This document shows positions 48,805 through 59,280 of a stretch of DNA of 59,280 nucleotides, one piece after another (the first letter of the stretch is position 1; the number at the start of each line of letters is the position of its first letter). Source of the stretch: Anaerolineae bacterium (lineage in GTDB: Bacteria > Chloroflexota > Anaerolineae > S140-20); NCBI GenBank assembly GCA_027021705.1, contig JALUTT010000037.1, forward strand, positions 1 to 59,280, in the 5' to 3' direction. The position numbers and the translations under genes were made by a program. The notes beneath the pieces are model-generated. The model made no database searches and had not been told where the DNA came from. It saw only the letters and a list, made by a program, of their open reading frames with translations.

Positions 48805-50003
48805 CGGTGCTCCCCCGACAGTTGGCGGTAGACCTGGTCCAGCGGACGGTAGGCGACGCGGTAGTCGTAGACCTCCTCGGCCAGCCGGCGCCCGTTGGCC
48901 CCCAGCCGGGCGGCCAGCGCCGGGTCCTCCAAGAGGCGGAGGACCGCCTCGGCGAAGTCGGCCGGCTCGTCGGCCAGCAGGAGGTGCTCCCCGTCGGTGA
49001 CGGCGATCCCCTCGGCCCCCACGGTGGTGGAGACGATGGGCAGCCCCTGGGCCAGGGCGTTGAGGATCTTCACCCGCATCCCGCTGCCGGCCCGCAGGGG
49101 CACGATGAAGACGCCCGCCTGCTCCAGGTAGGGCGTCAGGTCGGCGACGTAGCCGGTGACGTGGACGCCGATGCCCTCCTCGTTCAGCGCCTGCAGGTCG
49201 GCCGGGGGGCGGGAACCCACGACGTCGAAGCGGACATCGGGGCGCCGTCGCCGGATGAGGGGGTAGACCTCCCGCAGGAACCAGCGGACGGCGTCAATGT
49301 TGGGGGGCCAGTACATCGTGCCCACGTGCAGGATGTGGTTGGCGTCGGGGTGACGGACCACCGGGCGCACCTCGTCGGTGTCCACGGCGATGGGGATGAC
49401 GGCGATCTCGCGAGGGGTGCCGGCCGCCTCCAGCAGGTCCCGCCGGTCCTCCTCGGTGACGGCCAGGACGGCGTCGAAGTGGCGGACGATCCGTCCTTCG
49501 TACCCCTTGAGCAACCGCCAGTCCCGCTCCAGCAGCCATTTCTTGGGGCCGGGGCCCATCGTCGCGGCCAGCCGCCGGTAGAGCCGCCAGAGGGCGTTGT
49601 GGGCGTCCAGGAGGTGACGGGCGCCGTCCACGCGGGCGGCGTACTGGGCCATGTTGAGCTGGTCGGCGTGGGCCACGTCGAAGGGGATCTGGGCAGCCAG
49701 CCGGTCCACCAGTCGGCGCATTGCCCGCCGGTCGTCCCGGACCATCATCCAAGGCTGGCCGGTGAGCAGGCTGCGGACCATCGCCCAGCCGTCCCGCCGG
49801 AGCCCTCGTTCCATCGGCACGGTGTGGACGGCTCGGCAGTAGCGCCGCAGGTGGGCCACCTCCGCCGACTGATCGCCTCGCACGAAGGAGGCCAGCGTCA
49901 CCGAGTGGTGCCGAGCCAGGTACTTGATCAGGTTGTAGGTCTTGACCTTCGGCCCGCTATCGGGCGGATAGGGCAGGACCTGGGTGAGCAGCAGAATCTG
50001 CAT
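48801..50003 (-). CDS. GT4 family glycosyltransferase
   Basis: PYPPDSG, PNIDAV.WF, GSGMRVKILNALA. Confidence 0.9.
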   Translation of the reverse strand: MQILLLTQVLPYPPDSGPKVKTYNLIKYLARHHSVTLASFVRGDQSAEVAHLRRYCRAVHTVPMERGLRRDGWAMVRSLLTGQPWMMVRDDRRAMRRLVDRLAAQIPFDVAHADQLNMAQYAARVDGARHLLDAHNALWRLYRRLAATMGPGPKKWLLERDWRLLKGYEGRIVRHFDAVLAVTEEDRRDLLEAAGTPREIAVIPIAVDTDEVRPVVRHPDANHILHVGTMYWPPNIDAVRWFLREVYPLIRRRRPDVRFDVVGSRPPADLQALNEEGIGVHVTGYVADLTPYLEQAGVFIVPLRAGSGMRVKILNALAQGLPIVSTTVGAEGIAVTDGEHLLLADEPADFAEAVLRLLEDPALAARLGANGRRLAEEVYDYRVAYRPLDQVYRQLSGEHR

Positions 50004-50301
50004 AGCCTCGGATCCCCTCGGTGTGTTCACCCTCCCGCAGGTCACGCGGTGCCCGGCGACAGCAACGGCTGGTCGGAGGCTGCTTACGACGCACTTCAGG
50101 CCGTGGAAGGGAGCTGCGGAAGGGTCCCTGGGAGCGTCAGGTAGCTCACTATGACTATACCGCAGAGAAGTTAAACGGCAGTTTTGGGAATGTCAGAAGT
50201 GCGTTAGAGTAGCCGACAGAGCCCGACGGGCTGAATCCTTTTTGCCTGATTTTCGTTTTCCTTTGTAGAACGCAGCGTTCAGACGACAAGGGGGACAGCA
50301 C

Positions 50302-50850
50302 GTGCTCGAACCAAGGGATGCGGAATTGGTGGCGCGAGCCCAGCGAGGCGATGTGAACGCCGTTGGGCAACTGTACGATCGGCATCAGGCGCGCATCTTC
50401 CGTTATGTGCGATCGCGGGTACACGATAACCAGTTGGCTCAGGACCTGACCGGGGAGGTTTTCCTGCGTATGGTAGCAGCTCTGCCGGAGTACCGCATCA
50501 CCCGGGCCCCCTTCGCCGCCTGGTTATACTCCATCGCCCGCAACCTGATCGCCGATCATTATCGGAAGGAAGGGGGACGTATGGCTGTACCGATCCAAGA
50601 GGTTCAACACGTCGTCGGCGAAGAGACCGATCCCGCTGTGGTGGTCGAGCAGCAACTCACGCTGGAACGGGTACAACGGGCCTTGGAGCAGATTGATGAG
50701 ACCCAGCGGGAGGTCATTCGACTGCGCTTTCTCGTAGGGCTCTCCCTTCGGGAGGTGGCCGAGAGTCTGAACAAGACGGTGGCTGCTGTCAAGTCACTCC
50801 AGCATCGCGGCCTACTGGCCTTGCGGGCGGCTTTGCAGCAGGAGGTATAG
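50302..50850 (+). CDS. ECF RNA polymerase sigma-70 factor
   Basis: AQDLTGEVFL, AWLYSIARN, region 4 SLREVA..AVKSLQHR. Confidence 0.92.
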   Translation: MLEPRDAELVARAQRGDVNAVGQLYDRHQARIFRYVRSRVHDNQLAQDLTGEVFLRMVAALPEYRITRAPFAAWLYSIARNLIADHYRKEGGRMAVPIQEVQHVVGEETDPAVVVEQQLTLERVQRALEQIDETQREVIRLRFLVGLSLREVAESLNKTVAAVKSLQHRGLLALRAALQQEV

Positions 50851-50860
50851 GAGCGAACCG

Positions 50861-53233
50861 ATGAGCACACGGGAAGACCTACTACAGGAGCGACTGGAAC
50901 AACTGGAGGCCGGGTATCCCCTGGAAGCGTGTCTGGTGGGCCTGCCCGAGGAAGAGGCGGAGGCCCTGAGGCTGGCGGCCAAGCTGCGGGAACTGGCCCG
51001 CGCGGAGCAGAGCCGGGCTGTCGTGGCTGCCCAACGGGCGGCCCTGTTGAACGCAGCGGCGGCGACGGTGGGGAAGCGACAGGATGGCCGGTCCACCACC
51101 GCCGTGGAGCCGGGGGAAGTTCCCTCCTGGCTGGAAGGGTTGCGGGTGGGGCTCGACCGGCTGCTCTCCCGCAAAGAAGTGGCCTTCGGGACCGCTTTCC
51201 TCTTCCTCTGCGCCTTCCTCGCCTTCGTCTGGGCCGGCCTGCGGTACAGCTGGAGTGAGGAGGCCGAGCCCGGCGAGGCGACCCTCGTCGCCTCCTCCCC
51301 GCTGATCCCCGAGGAGACACCGGGGGTAGAGGACGTCCGTCCAACCTCCACCGTCACCTCGGCGGTGGCATCGCGCGAGGAGGAACTCCCCTATGGGGTC
51401 TTCCTCCCTCTGGTCTCCCGCCCCCTGCCGCTAGGGCCTCAGATCGCGGCCCTCCAGGACCTCCAGGGGATCGTCGAGGTGCAGACCGGCGGCGAGACTT
51501 GGACGACGGTGACCCGTCCCGTCACCATTACGGTCGGACAGCGGGTGCGCACGGGAGCGCTCTCCCGGGCGACCCTCCTCTTCTTCGACGGCAGCGAGGT
51601 CCGCCTAGGACCTGAGACGGAGCTTTCCATTGACGAACTGGACGTCCGGGGGCCGGGAGAAGGTCCCCGCACGGTGGTGCTGACCCAGTGGGTGGGCGAG
51701 AGCGAGCACCGGGTGCAGCCCCGGGAAGAGCGGAACTCCCGCTACGAGGTCAAGACCCCGGCCGGGTCCGGCGTGGCCCGGGGGACCGCCTTCCGCGTCC
51801 TCGTCACCCCTAGCCTCCTGGTACGGTTCGTCGTCATCGAGGGGAAGGTGGAGGTGACGGGCCTGAACCGGACGGTCTCCGTCATCGCGGGGCAGTTGAC
51901 CACCGTCATCGCCGGGCGCGCCCCCGAATGGCCCCGCTTCCGCGTCACCGGGGAAGGGGTGGTCTCTCAGACGGGGTCGGTCTGGATTGTCGCCGGCCAG
52001 AGCTTCCAGACCGGTGACCACACCATCATCGTGGGGAACCCCCAGGTGGGCGACCTGGTCCGGGTGGAGGGCCACCTGCTGCCCGACGGGGAGCGGATGG
52101 CCGACCGGATCATCCTCCTGCGCCGTGCCCCATCCAACCGCTTTGAGCTGAAAGGGGAAGTGGAGGCGATGGGAGCGACGGCCTGGACGGTCGCCGGGCA
52201 GACGGTCGTCTTGCGGGAGAGCACGGAGGTCCACGGCGAGATCGAGGTGGGCGACACAGTACTCGTGGAGGGGATCGTCCTGGAGGGAGGCACACTCCTG
52301 GCCGAGCGGATCACGCTCCTCGAGGAGGCTCCCGGTCTGCCTTTCAGCTTCGTCGGCGTGGTGCAGGAGATGGGGAGCGATTTCTGGACGATCTCCGGTC
52401 AGGCCATCGCCCTGGACGAGGAGACGGAGGTGGACGACGGGATCACCGTGGGCGACCTGGTGACCGTCCGGGGCTGGATCCTGGACGATGACACCTGGCT
52501 GGCCCGTTCCATCGAACGGGTTCGGGAGGAAGAGCACGAGTTCGCTTTCACCGGCATCGTGGAGAGCATCGCTCCCTGGAGTGTCTCCGGCATCGCTTTC
52601 GAGACCCGCGAGTGGACGGTGGTGGATTCGAGCATCGAGGTGGGGGACCGGGTGCGGGTTCGGGGCATCATCCTGGACGACGGGACCTGGGTCGCCACCG
52701 TCATCGAATCCCTCGATGACGTCCCCACGGACGTCATCGTCTGGATCGGCGTGGTGGACAGCGTGGACCCCTGGGTGGTGAACGGTATCCCGCTCCCCGT
52801 GGACGACAGCACGGTGATCGGGGAGGGGATCGTGGTCGGCAGCGTGGTCCGGGTGGAGATCGCGTTGCTGTCGGATGGCGCGTGGCAGGTGGTCAGCATC
52901 CAGCCGGTGCGCTCCGACTTCGGGGTGGGCTGCCTGATCGTCAGCACTACGGTCGTGTGGGCCAGCGATGACCGGGTCGTCCTCCGAGGTTGGCCGGCCA
53001 TCGAGTTGGGCGATAAGATCAAGGTCAAAGGGCACGTCAAGGCCGACAGTGTGGTCACCTTCCCCGTCTGCTTCCTCTTTGACGGGACCTCGGTCGTCGG
53101 CGGAGAGATCGTCGTCATCTACCAGCCGATCGTCATCACGGTGCCGTCGCCGGCGCCACCGCCCCCGCCGCCGCCGTCGGAGCCTCGGGACCGCCACCAT
53201 CACCGACGGGGGAACCACAACCACAACGGCTGA
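50861..53233 (+). CDS. Anti-sigma-like protein: TM + FecR-like + tandem DUF5666-like beta repeats
   Basis: Directly follows the ECF gene; VKTPAGSGVARGT FecR motif; repeated W.V.G..VGD.V.V.G..A.RI. Confidence 0.75.
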   Translation: MSTREDLLQERLEQLEAGYPLEACLVGLPEEEAEALRLAAKLRELARAEQSRAVVAAQRAALLNAAAATVGKRQDGRSTTAVEPGEVPSWLEGLRVGLDRLLSRKEVAFGTAFLFLCAFLAFVWAGLRYSWSEEAEPGEATLVASSPLIPEETPGVEDVRPTSTVTSAVASREEELPYGVFLPLVSRPLPLGPQIAALQDLQGIVEVQTGGETWTTVTRPVTITVGQRVRTGALSRATLLFFDGSEVRLGPETELSIDELDVRGPGEGPRTVVLTQWVGESEHRVQPREERNSRYEVKTPAGSGVARGTAFRVLVTPSLLVRFVVIEGKVEVTGLNRTVSVIAGQLTTVIAGRAPEWPRFRVTGEGVVSQTGSVWIVAGQSFQTGDHTIIVGNPQVGDLVRVEGHLLPDGERMADRIILLRRAPSNRFELKGEVEAMGATAWTVAGQTVVLRESTEVHGEIEVGDTVLVEGIVLEGGTLLAERITLLEEAPGLPFSFVGVVQEMGSDFWTISGQAIALDEETEVDDGITVGDLVTVRGWILDDDTWLARSIERVREEEHEFAFTGIVESIAPWSVSGIAFETREWTVVDSSIEVGDRVRVRGIILDDGTWVATVIESLDDVPTDVIVWIGVVDSVDPWVVNGIPLPVDDSTVIGEGIVVGSVVRVEIALLSDGAWQVVSIQPVRSDFGVGCLIVSTTVVWASDDRVVLRGWPAIELGDKIKVKGHVKADSVVTFPVCFLFDGTSVVGGEIVVIYQPIVITVPSPAPPPPPPPSEPRDRHHHRRGNHNHNG

Positions 53234-53462
53234 GATCCCGTCCCATAGTGGACCTCTGTATCCGACGAGGGTGGCCAAAACGTGTTGAGGGGTGTAGGGG
53301 TGACCTATAGGTCGCCTCTACACCGACCTTCCTTGGTCACGCTTGCATCCGACGCAGCAGCGGGCTTGCCCGGCCCCCAGGTGCCCGGCGGATCACGGAT
53401 CCGCCGGGCTGCCGCTGAGGGTACATCCGATGTAGGCGGGGAGAGAACGGAAGGGGAGTACC

Positions 53463-55715
53463 GTGCCGGAATCGGCTTCCCGGTGGGTTCGCAAGATCGC
53501 AGCGTGGCTTACGGGCCGAAGGGTGTCGTGGCTCCTCATCGCCCTGCTGGCGGTGGACGCCCTCTTCATCGTCCTCCACCTGCTCTACACCTTCACCCCC
53601 CTCATCGAGGATCCGGCCTTCTGGCTGGGGGAGGACCGGGGGTACGCCGAGGGGTTCCAGTACTTCAAGTTCGCCGGCCTCGTGGTCCTCTTCGCGCTCC
53701 TGACCTGGAAGAAGCGGACACCTCTCTACGCCCATTGGACGCTTCTCTTCGCCTACCTGCTGGCGGACGATGCCTGGATGCTCCACGAAGGGGCGGGGGA
53801 GTGGTTGGCTGCCTGGTGGGGGCTGCCCGGCTTCCTCCACCTGAAGAGCTACCACGTGGGGGAACTCCTCGTCTCCCTCTTCCTGGGCCTCTTCTTCCTG
53901 ACGACGCTCACCCTCACCTATCGGGCCGGCGGACCCACGGCCCGGAGGCTCTCCCAGGACCTCATCCTCCTGCTGGTCCTCCTCGTCCTCTTTGGCGTCG
54001 TCGTGGACCTGATCCACGAGATGGTCCCCTTCCCCGGGCTGCGGACGTGGCTCACCACCCTGGAGGATGGCGGTGAGAACGTCGTCGTCAGCGTGATCCT
54101 CGGGTTCGTCTTCGAGCGGGTCCGGCAGATGCTTCGCTGGGGGGAGAGGCCGGAGGTGTGGGCCCGCGCAGCCCTCCAGGGGGCACTCCTCTTCGCCCTC
54201 TTCGTCGCTCTCCTGGCCGTGGTGCAGTATGGCACGCCGGGGCTGATCGGCAACGACGGCTACTACCACGCCAAGATGGGCCTGCTGGTGCGCCGCCAGG
54301 GGCTCACACCGACCCCGCCCCGGCTCCCCCTCACGATCCTGAACCCGGCCCGCTTCTACGACCACCACCTGCTCTACCACCTCTACCTGGCCCTCTTCGC
54401 CTCGGTGGACCCGGCGGTGGACGGGGGTGTCGCGCTGACGCGGAGTGTCAAGGTGGCCAGCCTGTTGTTGCCGGCTCTGGCCTTCGTCGCCTTCTGGGGG
54501 CTGTTACGCCAGCAGGGGGTGCCATGGGCCTCGCTGTGGAGCCTGGGGCTTCTGGCCCTCTCCGAAGGCTTCCTCTACCGGATGAGCATGCCCCGCATCC
54601 AGGCCCCCTCCCTGCTGATCCTGCTCTTGGGATACCAGAGGCTGCTGAAGGGACGGCACCGCTGGCTGCTCCCCCTGGGCTTCCTCTACGTCTGGCTGGG
54701 CAACGTCTTCCCCCTGCTCCTGGTGCTGGCCGGGAGCTATGTCGTGGCAGTCCGGGCCGTCGAGGGCCACCGGCCTTGGTCGGCCCTCGCCTACCCGGCC
54801 CTGGGCATCCTGTTGGGTTCGCTGATCAACCCCTACTTCCCCCGCAACCTTCTCTTCCTCGGCTACCACCTGCTGCCCAAGCTGGGCCGTCTCACCGTCC
54901 CGGTGGGGATCGAGTGGTATCCCTACGCGGTCAAAGACCTGGTGCAGAACGCCGGCCTTCCCTTCGGCGCGATCCTCCTGGCCTCCCTGGCCCTGGTCTG
55001 GCGGCGGAGGCGATGGACGGCGCATCGGGCGGGTGCGCCGGAGATCGGGGAGGGTATGCAGCCGGCCTCCGAGGGGGCGCTTCAGGTGGACGTGGCCTCC
55101 CTCACCGCCTTGCTGATGGCGATCGTCACCGGCCTGATGGTGCTGAAGGCGCGGCGGTTCGTGGAGTACTTCCCGCCCTTCGCCCTCGTCGCCCTGGCCT
55201 TCAGCACGGCTCCCCTGGTGGAAGGATGGCGGCGGGCCCACCCCCGATGGCGGCACAAGGGGCCGGCCCTTGCGCTCCTGGTGCTGCTCCCCCTCCTCGT
55301 CCTCACGCTGCGGGCGGCCCGACACGCGGCAGCCGACTCCCCGCCGGCCGACCGGTACGCAGCCGCCAGCCTGTGGCTGCGGGCCTACAGCGAGCCCGGC
55401 AGCCGGGTCTTCCAGACGGATTGGGACGACTTCCCTCGCCTCTTCTTCTACGACAGCGACAAGGAGTACACCATCGGCCTGGACCCAACCTACATGGCGT
55501 TGTATAATCCCTCCCTGTACGCTGCGTGGGTTCAGATCACCCGGGGGGAGGTCACGATGCCCAGCCGTCCCATCCGCGAGCAGTTCGGCGCTGACTACGT
55601 CTTCACCGATCGGGAGCACGAACCGTTCCTGCGCCAGGCCGCCGACGACCCCGGCCTGCAGGAGATCTACCGGGACTGGGACGCGGTCATCTTCCAGGTC
55701 GTTGGGGGGCCGTAG
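53463..55715 (+). CDS. Large membrane protein; C-terminal part GT-C-like
   Basis: N-terminal multi-TM domain ([13 protein letters not shown]) fused to DGYYH..EWYP..DWDDFP..GLDP domain. Confidence 0.65.
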   Translation: MPESASRWVRKIAAWLTGRRVSWLLIALLAVDALFIVLHLLYTFTPLIEDPAFWLGEDRGYAEGFQYFKFAGLVVLFALLTWKKRTPLYAHWTLLFAYLLADDAWMLHEGAGEWLAAWWGLPGFLHLKSYHVGELLVSLFLGLFFLTTLTLTYRAGGPTARRLSQDLILLLVLLVLFGVVVDLIHEMVPFPGLRTWLTTLEDGGENVVVSVILGFVFERVRQMLRWGERPEVWARAALQGALLFALFVALLAVVQYGTPGLIGNDGYYHAKMGLLVRRQGLTPTPPRLPLTILNPARFYDHHLLYHLYLALFASVDPAVDGGVALTRSVKVASLLLPALAFVAFWGLLRQQGVPWASLWSLGLLALSEGFLYRMSMPRIQAPSLLILLLGYQRLLKGRHRWLLPLGFLYVWLGNVFPLLLVLAGSYVVAVRAVEGHRPWSALAYPALGILLGSLINPYFPRNLLFLGYHLLPKLGRLTVPVGIEWYPYAVKDLVQNAGLPFGAILLASLALVWRRRRWTAHRAGAPEIGEGMQPASEGALQVDVASLTALLMAIVTGLMVLKARRFVEYFPPFALVALAFSTAPLVEGWRRAHPRWRHKGPALALLVLLPLLVLTLRAARHAAADSPPADRYAAASLWLRAYSEPGSRVFQTDWDDFPRLFFYDSDKEYTIGLDPTYMALYNPSLYAAWVQITRGEVTMPSRPIREQFGADYVFTDREHEPFLRQAADDPGLQEIYRDWDAVIFQVVGGP

Positions 55716-55716
55716 G

Positions 55717-56652
55717 ATGCCATCCCGCGTGCCCTCCCGGCGGTGGGAGGGGGGCCTGCTGCTGGGCCTCCTGCTGCTCACGGCGCTGGCCTGCCAGATG
55801 GTCACGGGGGAGTCGGCCACGCCGCTGGCGGCCGTCACGCCGACGATGACGGCCACGGCCACCCTCACCCCCTCGCCCTCCCCCACGCCGACGGCGACTT
55901 CCACGCCGACGCCGACCCCGACGCCCACCCGAACGCCTACACCCACCTTCACGCCCACGCCGACCCCAACGCCGACCCCCACCTTTACCCCAACGCCGAC
56001 GCCGACGCCGACGGACACGCCAACCCCCACGCCCACACCCACACCCACCCGCGATCCCCGGTCACCGGTGCAGCGAGAGCCGTGGGGGAACGGGTGGGTG
56101 CGCATCACCCACCGGGAGCTGGGGTATCGCCTCCTGCTGCCGGAGAGCTGGGAGGATTTCGATCCCATCGTCCAGCCGGAGCGGGCCCGGCTGGCGGCCC
56201 AGGCGGTCAGCCCCAGCCTGGCGGCGTTGCTGGACGGGCTGTTGAACGCGACGGAGGAGGCCCAGTTCAGCCTGTTGGCCCTGGAGACGAAACCGCCGGC
56301 GGAGGCCCCGCTGCCGGCCGCACTGGCCCTGGGGGGGGCTCGCCTCCCCCTGCCGACGCCTCTCTTCCTCCTGGTCGGTCAGTTCCAGGAGCGGATGGAG
56401 CAGGTGGAGGGGGTGACGGTGGAGGAGGCCGGCATCGCCGAGCCGGTCAACGGTCTGGGCCGGATCGAGCTGCGGCTGCGGATCACGGGGCTTCAGGATG
56501 CCGCCGGCGAGGCGGTGCCGACCCGGGGACGTCAGGTCTACCTGGTTCAGGGGCGGCAGGTCTGGATCCTCACCTTCATCGTACCGGCCGACCAATACGC
56601 CGACTACGCCCCCACCTTCGACCGGGTGATCGAGGGGTTTCAGGCCCCGTGA
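55717..56652 (+). CDS. Lipoprotein with a long Pro/Thr repeat linker
   Basis: Lipobox ALAC, (TP)n tract, PsbP-like C-terminal domain. Confidence 0.7.
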   Translation: MPSRVPSRRWEGGLLLGLLLLTALACQMVTGESATPLAAVTPTMTATATLTPSPSPTPTATSTPTPTPTPTRTPTPTFTPTPTPTPTPTFTPTPTPTPTDTPTPTPTPTPTRDPRSPVQREPWGNGWVRITHRELGYRLLLPESWEDFDPIVQPERARLAAQAVSPSLAALLDGLLNATEEAQFSLLALETKPPAEAPLPAALALGGARLPLPTPLFLLVGQFQERMEQVEGVTVEEAGIAEPVNGLGRIELRLRITGLQDAAGEAVPTRGRQVYLVQGRQVWILTFIVPADQYADYAPTFDRVIEGFQAP

Positions 56653-56873
56653 GCTTCGGGAAACCTTGTGTCCCGGCCCGACCTGTGCTAAAATTAGGCA
56701 TGGCGATGACCTATTCCCTCACCTGATCACCCCCGCCTTCCACGTACATCGGTGAGGATCATAGCATCCTAGAGACAGCCGACCCCTGCCTGAGACGAGC
56801 CGGGTGGGTAGTCGGCTGTCTGTTCCCCTGTCCGTTGCTGGTCACCCATCACCTTAATGCGAGGAGGGAAGCG

Positions 56874-57308
56874 ATGACAACCGTGCGCCAGGTCCTGCAG
56901 GCCAAGGGATGGGAGGTCTGGTCCATCTCCCCCGAGGCCACGATGTACGAGGCCCTGCAACTGATGGCGGAGAAGAATGTCGGTGCGCTGGTGGTGCTCG
57001 ATGATGGGAAGTTGGTCGGCATCTTCACCGAACGGGATTACGCCCGCAAGGTTGCCCTGCGGGGGCGCTCCTGCACCGACACCCGCGTCCGGGAGGTGAT
57101 GACCCCCCGAGTGATCTACGTCCACCCCGATCAGACCGTTGAGGACTGCATGGCGGTGATGACGAAACAGCACATCCGCCACCTCCCGGTCCTAGAGGAG
57201 GGCGAGTTGGTGGGGCTTATCTCCATTCGGGACGTGATCGAGGCTATCCTAGCCGAGCGGGAGTTCCTCATCGAGCAGTTGGAGAGCTACATCACAAGCA
57301 GCAGTTGA
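56874..57308 (+). CDS. CBS domain pair protein
   Basis: LVGIFTERDY, IRHLPV, GLISIRD; GAGGAGG RBS. Confidence 0.9.
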   Translation: MTTVRQVLQAKGWEVWSISPEATMYEALQLMAEKNVGALVVLDDGKLVGIFTERDYARKVALRGRSCTDTRVREVMTPRVIYVHPDQTVEDCMAVMTKQHIRHLPVLEEGELVGLISIRDVIEAILAEREFLIEQLESYITSSS

Positions 57309-57333
57309 AGAGGGGAGAGGAAGGGCGTTCCGG

Positions 57334-58389
57334 TCAGCGCCGGCCCTGCCGGACCCGCCGCACCAGGGTGAAGAGGGCATAGCGCAAGGGGTGGTAGACC
57401 CGCTCCCAGGCCCCCACGGTGCGCACCAGTCGGCCGCCGAAGCCCCGCTTGAAGCGGTAGACGCCCCACAGGCCGTCGGAGCGCCGGGTGAACTCGGCCT
57501 CCAGCCGTTCCAGCGGTTCGTCAGGCACCCCCCACAGGTCGTAGAGGGTGCACCCTTTCGCCCTGGCCCAGCGGATCGCCTCCCACTGGAGGAGGTAGGT
57601 GGGCATCCGGTTGCGGTGGCGGTTGGAGGAGGCTCCGTAGAAGTACCAGGCCCGTTCTCCCAGGGCGAAGGCCATCAGGCCGGCCAGCGGCTCCCCCTGG
57701 TACTCGGCCATCAGCAGTGTCGCCCATCCCTGGGGGACGAAGAGGTCGTAGGCAGCCTGGTAGTAATCGAGGCTGTGGATGCCGAAGCGGTCCCGCCGCC
57801 CTGTCACCTCCATCAGCCGGTAGAAGGTGATCACGTCCTCCCGGCTGCCTGGGCGGACGACGACCCCCTTGCGACTGGCCAGCCGGATGTTGTAGCGGGT
57901 CTTGCTCTTCATCGCAGCCAGGACCTGGGCTTCGTCGCCGCCGATCTCCACGACCAGCGTCCGCCGGGGCTGGATGGTCTCGGGGTGGGGGCGGAAGCCG
58001 GCGGTCCGGAGTTGGGCCTCGAAGGGGGGGGCGTCAGGCCAGTCCGGCTCGACGATGAGGAGAAAGGCACGGTGAGCGCGGACGGTGGCCTCGATGGCTT
58101 CCCAGAGGGGGAGGAGGAGGCGGGAGTCGGTCCCATCGGCCACCGGCCCCCGAGGGATGTAGGCCAGTGTCCCCAGCCCCAGGGGGAGCCGGCGTAGGAG
58201 CACCTGGGCACCGGCCACCAGCCGTCCTCCCTGGGTCAAAGGGATCCGAACGGCCTGCCACCCGAAGCGGGCCTTCAGTCGGGCCCAGGGGGTGGTCTGG
58301 AGGATGTGCCCTTGGGGATGCGCCGCGACGAAGTGGTCCCACGCGGCCTCGTCGGAGGCGAGGCGTTCTGAAGGGATCAGTGGGTCCAA
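57334..58389 (-). CDS. FemA/FemB/FemX family peptidyltransferase
   Basis: HILQT..W..LK, YIPRGP, KTRYNIR, YGAS, YDLWG, FKRGFGG. Confidence 0.9.
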   Translation of the reverse strand: MDPLIPSERLASDEAAWDHFVAAHPQGHILQTTPWARLKARFGWQAVRIPLTQGGRLVAGAQVLLRRLPLGLGTLAYIPRGPVADGTDSRLLLPLWEAIEATVRAHRAFLLIVEPDWPDAPPFEAQLRTAGFRPHPETIQPRRTLVVEIGGDEAQVLAAMKSKTRYNIRLASRKGVVVRPGSREDVITFYRLMEVTGRRDRFGIHSLDYYQAAYDLFVPQGWATLLMAEYQGEPLAGLMAFALGERAWYFYGASSNRHRNRMPTYLLQWEAIRWARAKGCTLYDLWGVPDEPLERLEAEFTRRSDGLWGVYRFKRGFGGRLVRTVGAWERVYHPLRYALFTLVRRVRQGRR

Positions 58390-59072
58390 TTGCGCATCTC
58401 ATCTATGTTCAGGAGGATGATCCGGTTGCGCTGCAGCCGGACCAGGCCGGCGTCGCGGAGCCGGCCTAGCACCTTGTTGACGCTCTCCCGGCTCGTCCCC
58501 ACCAGGGAAGCCAACTCTGTCTGGGTGAGGGGAACGTCAATGAGGACGCCTGCCTCCGTCACCTGGCCGTGCTGGTCGGCCAGGGTGACCAGCTCCCGGA
58601 CCACCCGACCATAGACGTCCAGAGCGACCAAGCTCTCGGCGTAATCGGTGGTCGTGCGCAGCCGTTGGCTGAGCACCTCCAGGACGCCGATGGCCATCCG
58701 GGGGGAGGAGTGCAGGTGGTGCACGAAGTCCTCTCGGTGCAGGATCAGCGTCTCTACGTCGGTCATTGCCACGGCACTGGCCGAGCGGGGCTGACCGTCA
58801 ATGATGGCCAGCTCCCCGAAGACATCTCCCTCGCCGAAGATGGCGACGGACATCTCGTACCCCTCGGCGCTGATCCGAAAGATGCGCACCTGGCCGGAGG
58901 CGATGATGTAGAGGCTGTGTCCCGGATCATCCTGGTGGAAGATCATCGTTCCCCGGGAGTACCGTCGGCTGCGCAAGCTGGCGGCCAGCGCCTCCCGTTC
59001 TGACGGGAGCAAGTTTTCGAAGAGAGGGACTCGATTGAGAAAAGCGAGTTTATCCTTGAGCTTGCTGGCCAT
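58377..59072 (-). CDS. Crp/Fnr family regulator
   Basis: FGELA..PRSASA, LTQTELASLVGTSRESV. Confidence 0.92.
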   Translation of the reverse strand: MASKLKDKLAFLNRVPLFENLLPSEREALAASLRSRRYSRGTMIFHQDDPGHSLYIIASGQVRIFRISAEGYEMSVAIFGEGDVFGELAIIDGQPRSASAVAMTDVETLILHREDFVHHLHSSPRMAIGVLEVLSQRLRTTTDYAESLVALDVYGRVVRELVTLADQHGQVTEAGVLIDVPLTQTELASLVGTSRESVNKVLGRLRDAGLVRLQRNRIILLNIDEMRNWTH

Positions 59073-59161
59073 TTTCCTCCACCTTTTGTGCCTTTGCGCT
59101 TGACCACACCGGGCAATTATAGCATAATTTTCTTCGGTGGACACCCCGAAAGGAGCGACCG

Positions 59162-59280
59162 TCACGAGTTTGGGACATCATTCTGAGTTGCCTCCAAAGG
59201 CCAGACAACGCTCAGGCCGGCGCAAAGGGAAGCCATCGGCACCTGGCTGATGTCGTAGCCGGCCAACTCCAGCGGGCACT
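59162..59280 (-). CDS. Possible 3' end of a gene entering from beyond the window
   Basis: Open minus frame CPLELAGYDISQVPMASL..NS* with host-like codons. Confidence 0.3.
   Translation of the reverse strand, partial: CPLELAGYDISQVPMASLCAGLSVVWPLEATQNDVPNS

Noticed and set aside
50268..50280. LexA-like box GAAC-N5-GTTC
   Set aside because: Spacing is 5, not the 4 of the GAAC-N4-GTTC box
55860..56050. (ACGCCG/ACCCCC)n DNA repeat as an independent element
   Set aside because: Simply encodes a Pro/Thr linker of a lipoprotein
56702..56770. Fluoride riboswitch (GGCGATG start)
   Set aside because: Lacks the rest of the consensus, and the downstream gene is not fluoride-related

Overview
High-GC bacterial chromosome segment. 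Gene content and style (Pro/Thr-rich exported proteins, alpha-CTD signature, DUF1992, GT-C clusters) suggest Chloroflexota, probably Anaerolineae; this is an inference. Housekeeping and stress genes (nucleoside kinase, Rrf2, NurA, sodA, peroxiredoxin, nfi, cobB, truD, two-component systems, RidA, glycosyltransferases, ECF sigma/anti-sigma, FemAB-like, Crp) surround an accessory core at about 14.5-35 kb. Main results: (1) A LysR-linked extracytoplasmic redox operon encodes a 4x rhodanese lipoprotein, multiheme cytochromes with about 30 heme-c motifs in total, a cytochrome b and an OTR-like octaheme. Two of its ORFs are joined in frame across a single UGA that is followed by a SECIS-like hairpin, which points to a selenocysteine-containing 11-heme cytochrome. 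(2) Defence/TA-type genes (two Rpn copies with internal RpnS-like starts, DUF2281, and a Zn-ribbon + TM + CHAT-NTPase-TPR operon) sit as self-promoted cassettes between modular 7-8-mer repeat blocks. (3) There is an IS630 and three families of small non-autonomous elements. (4) An XRE-HTH/RNAP alpha-CTD fusion lies next to a consensus promoter with an immediate terminator. No rRNA, tRNA or CRISPR array was seen. All family assignments come from motif recognition by eye, not database searches.
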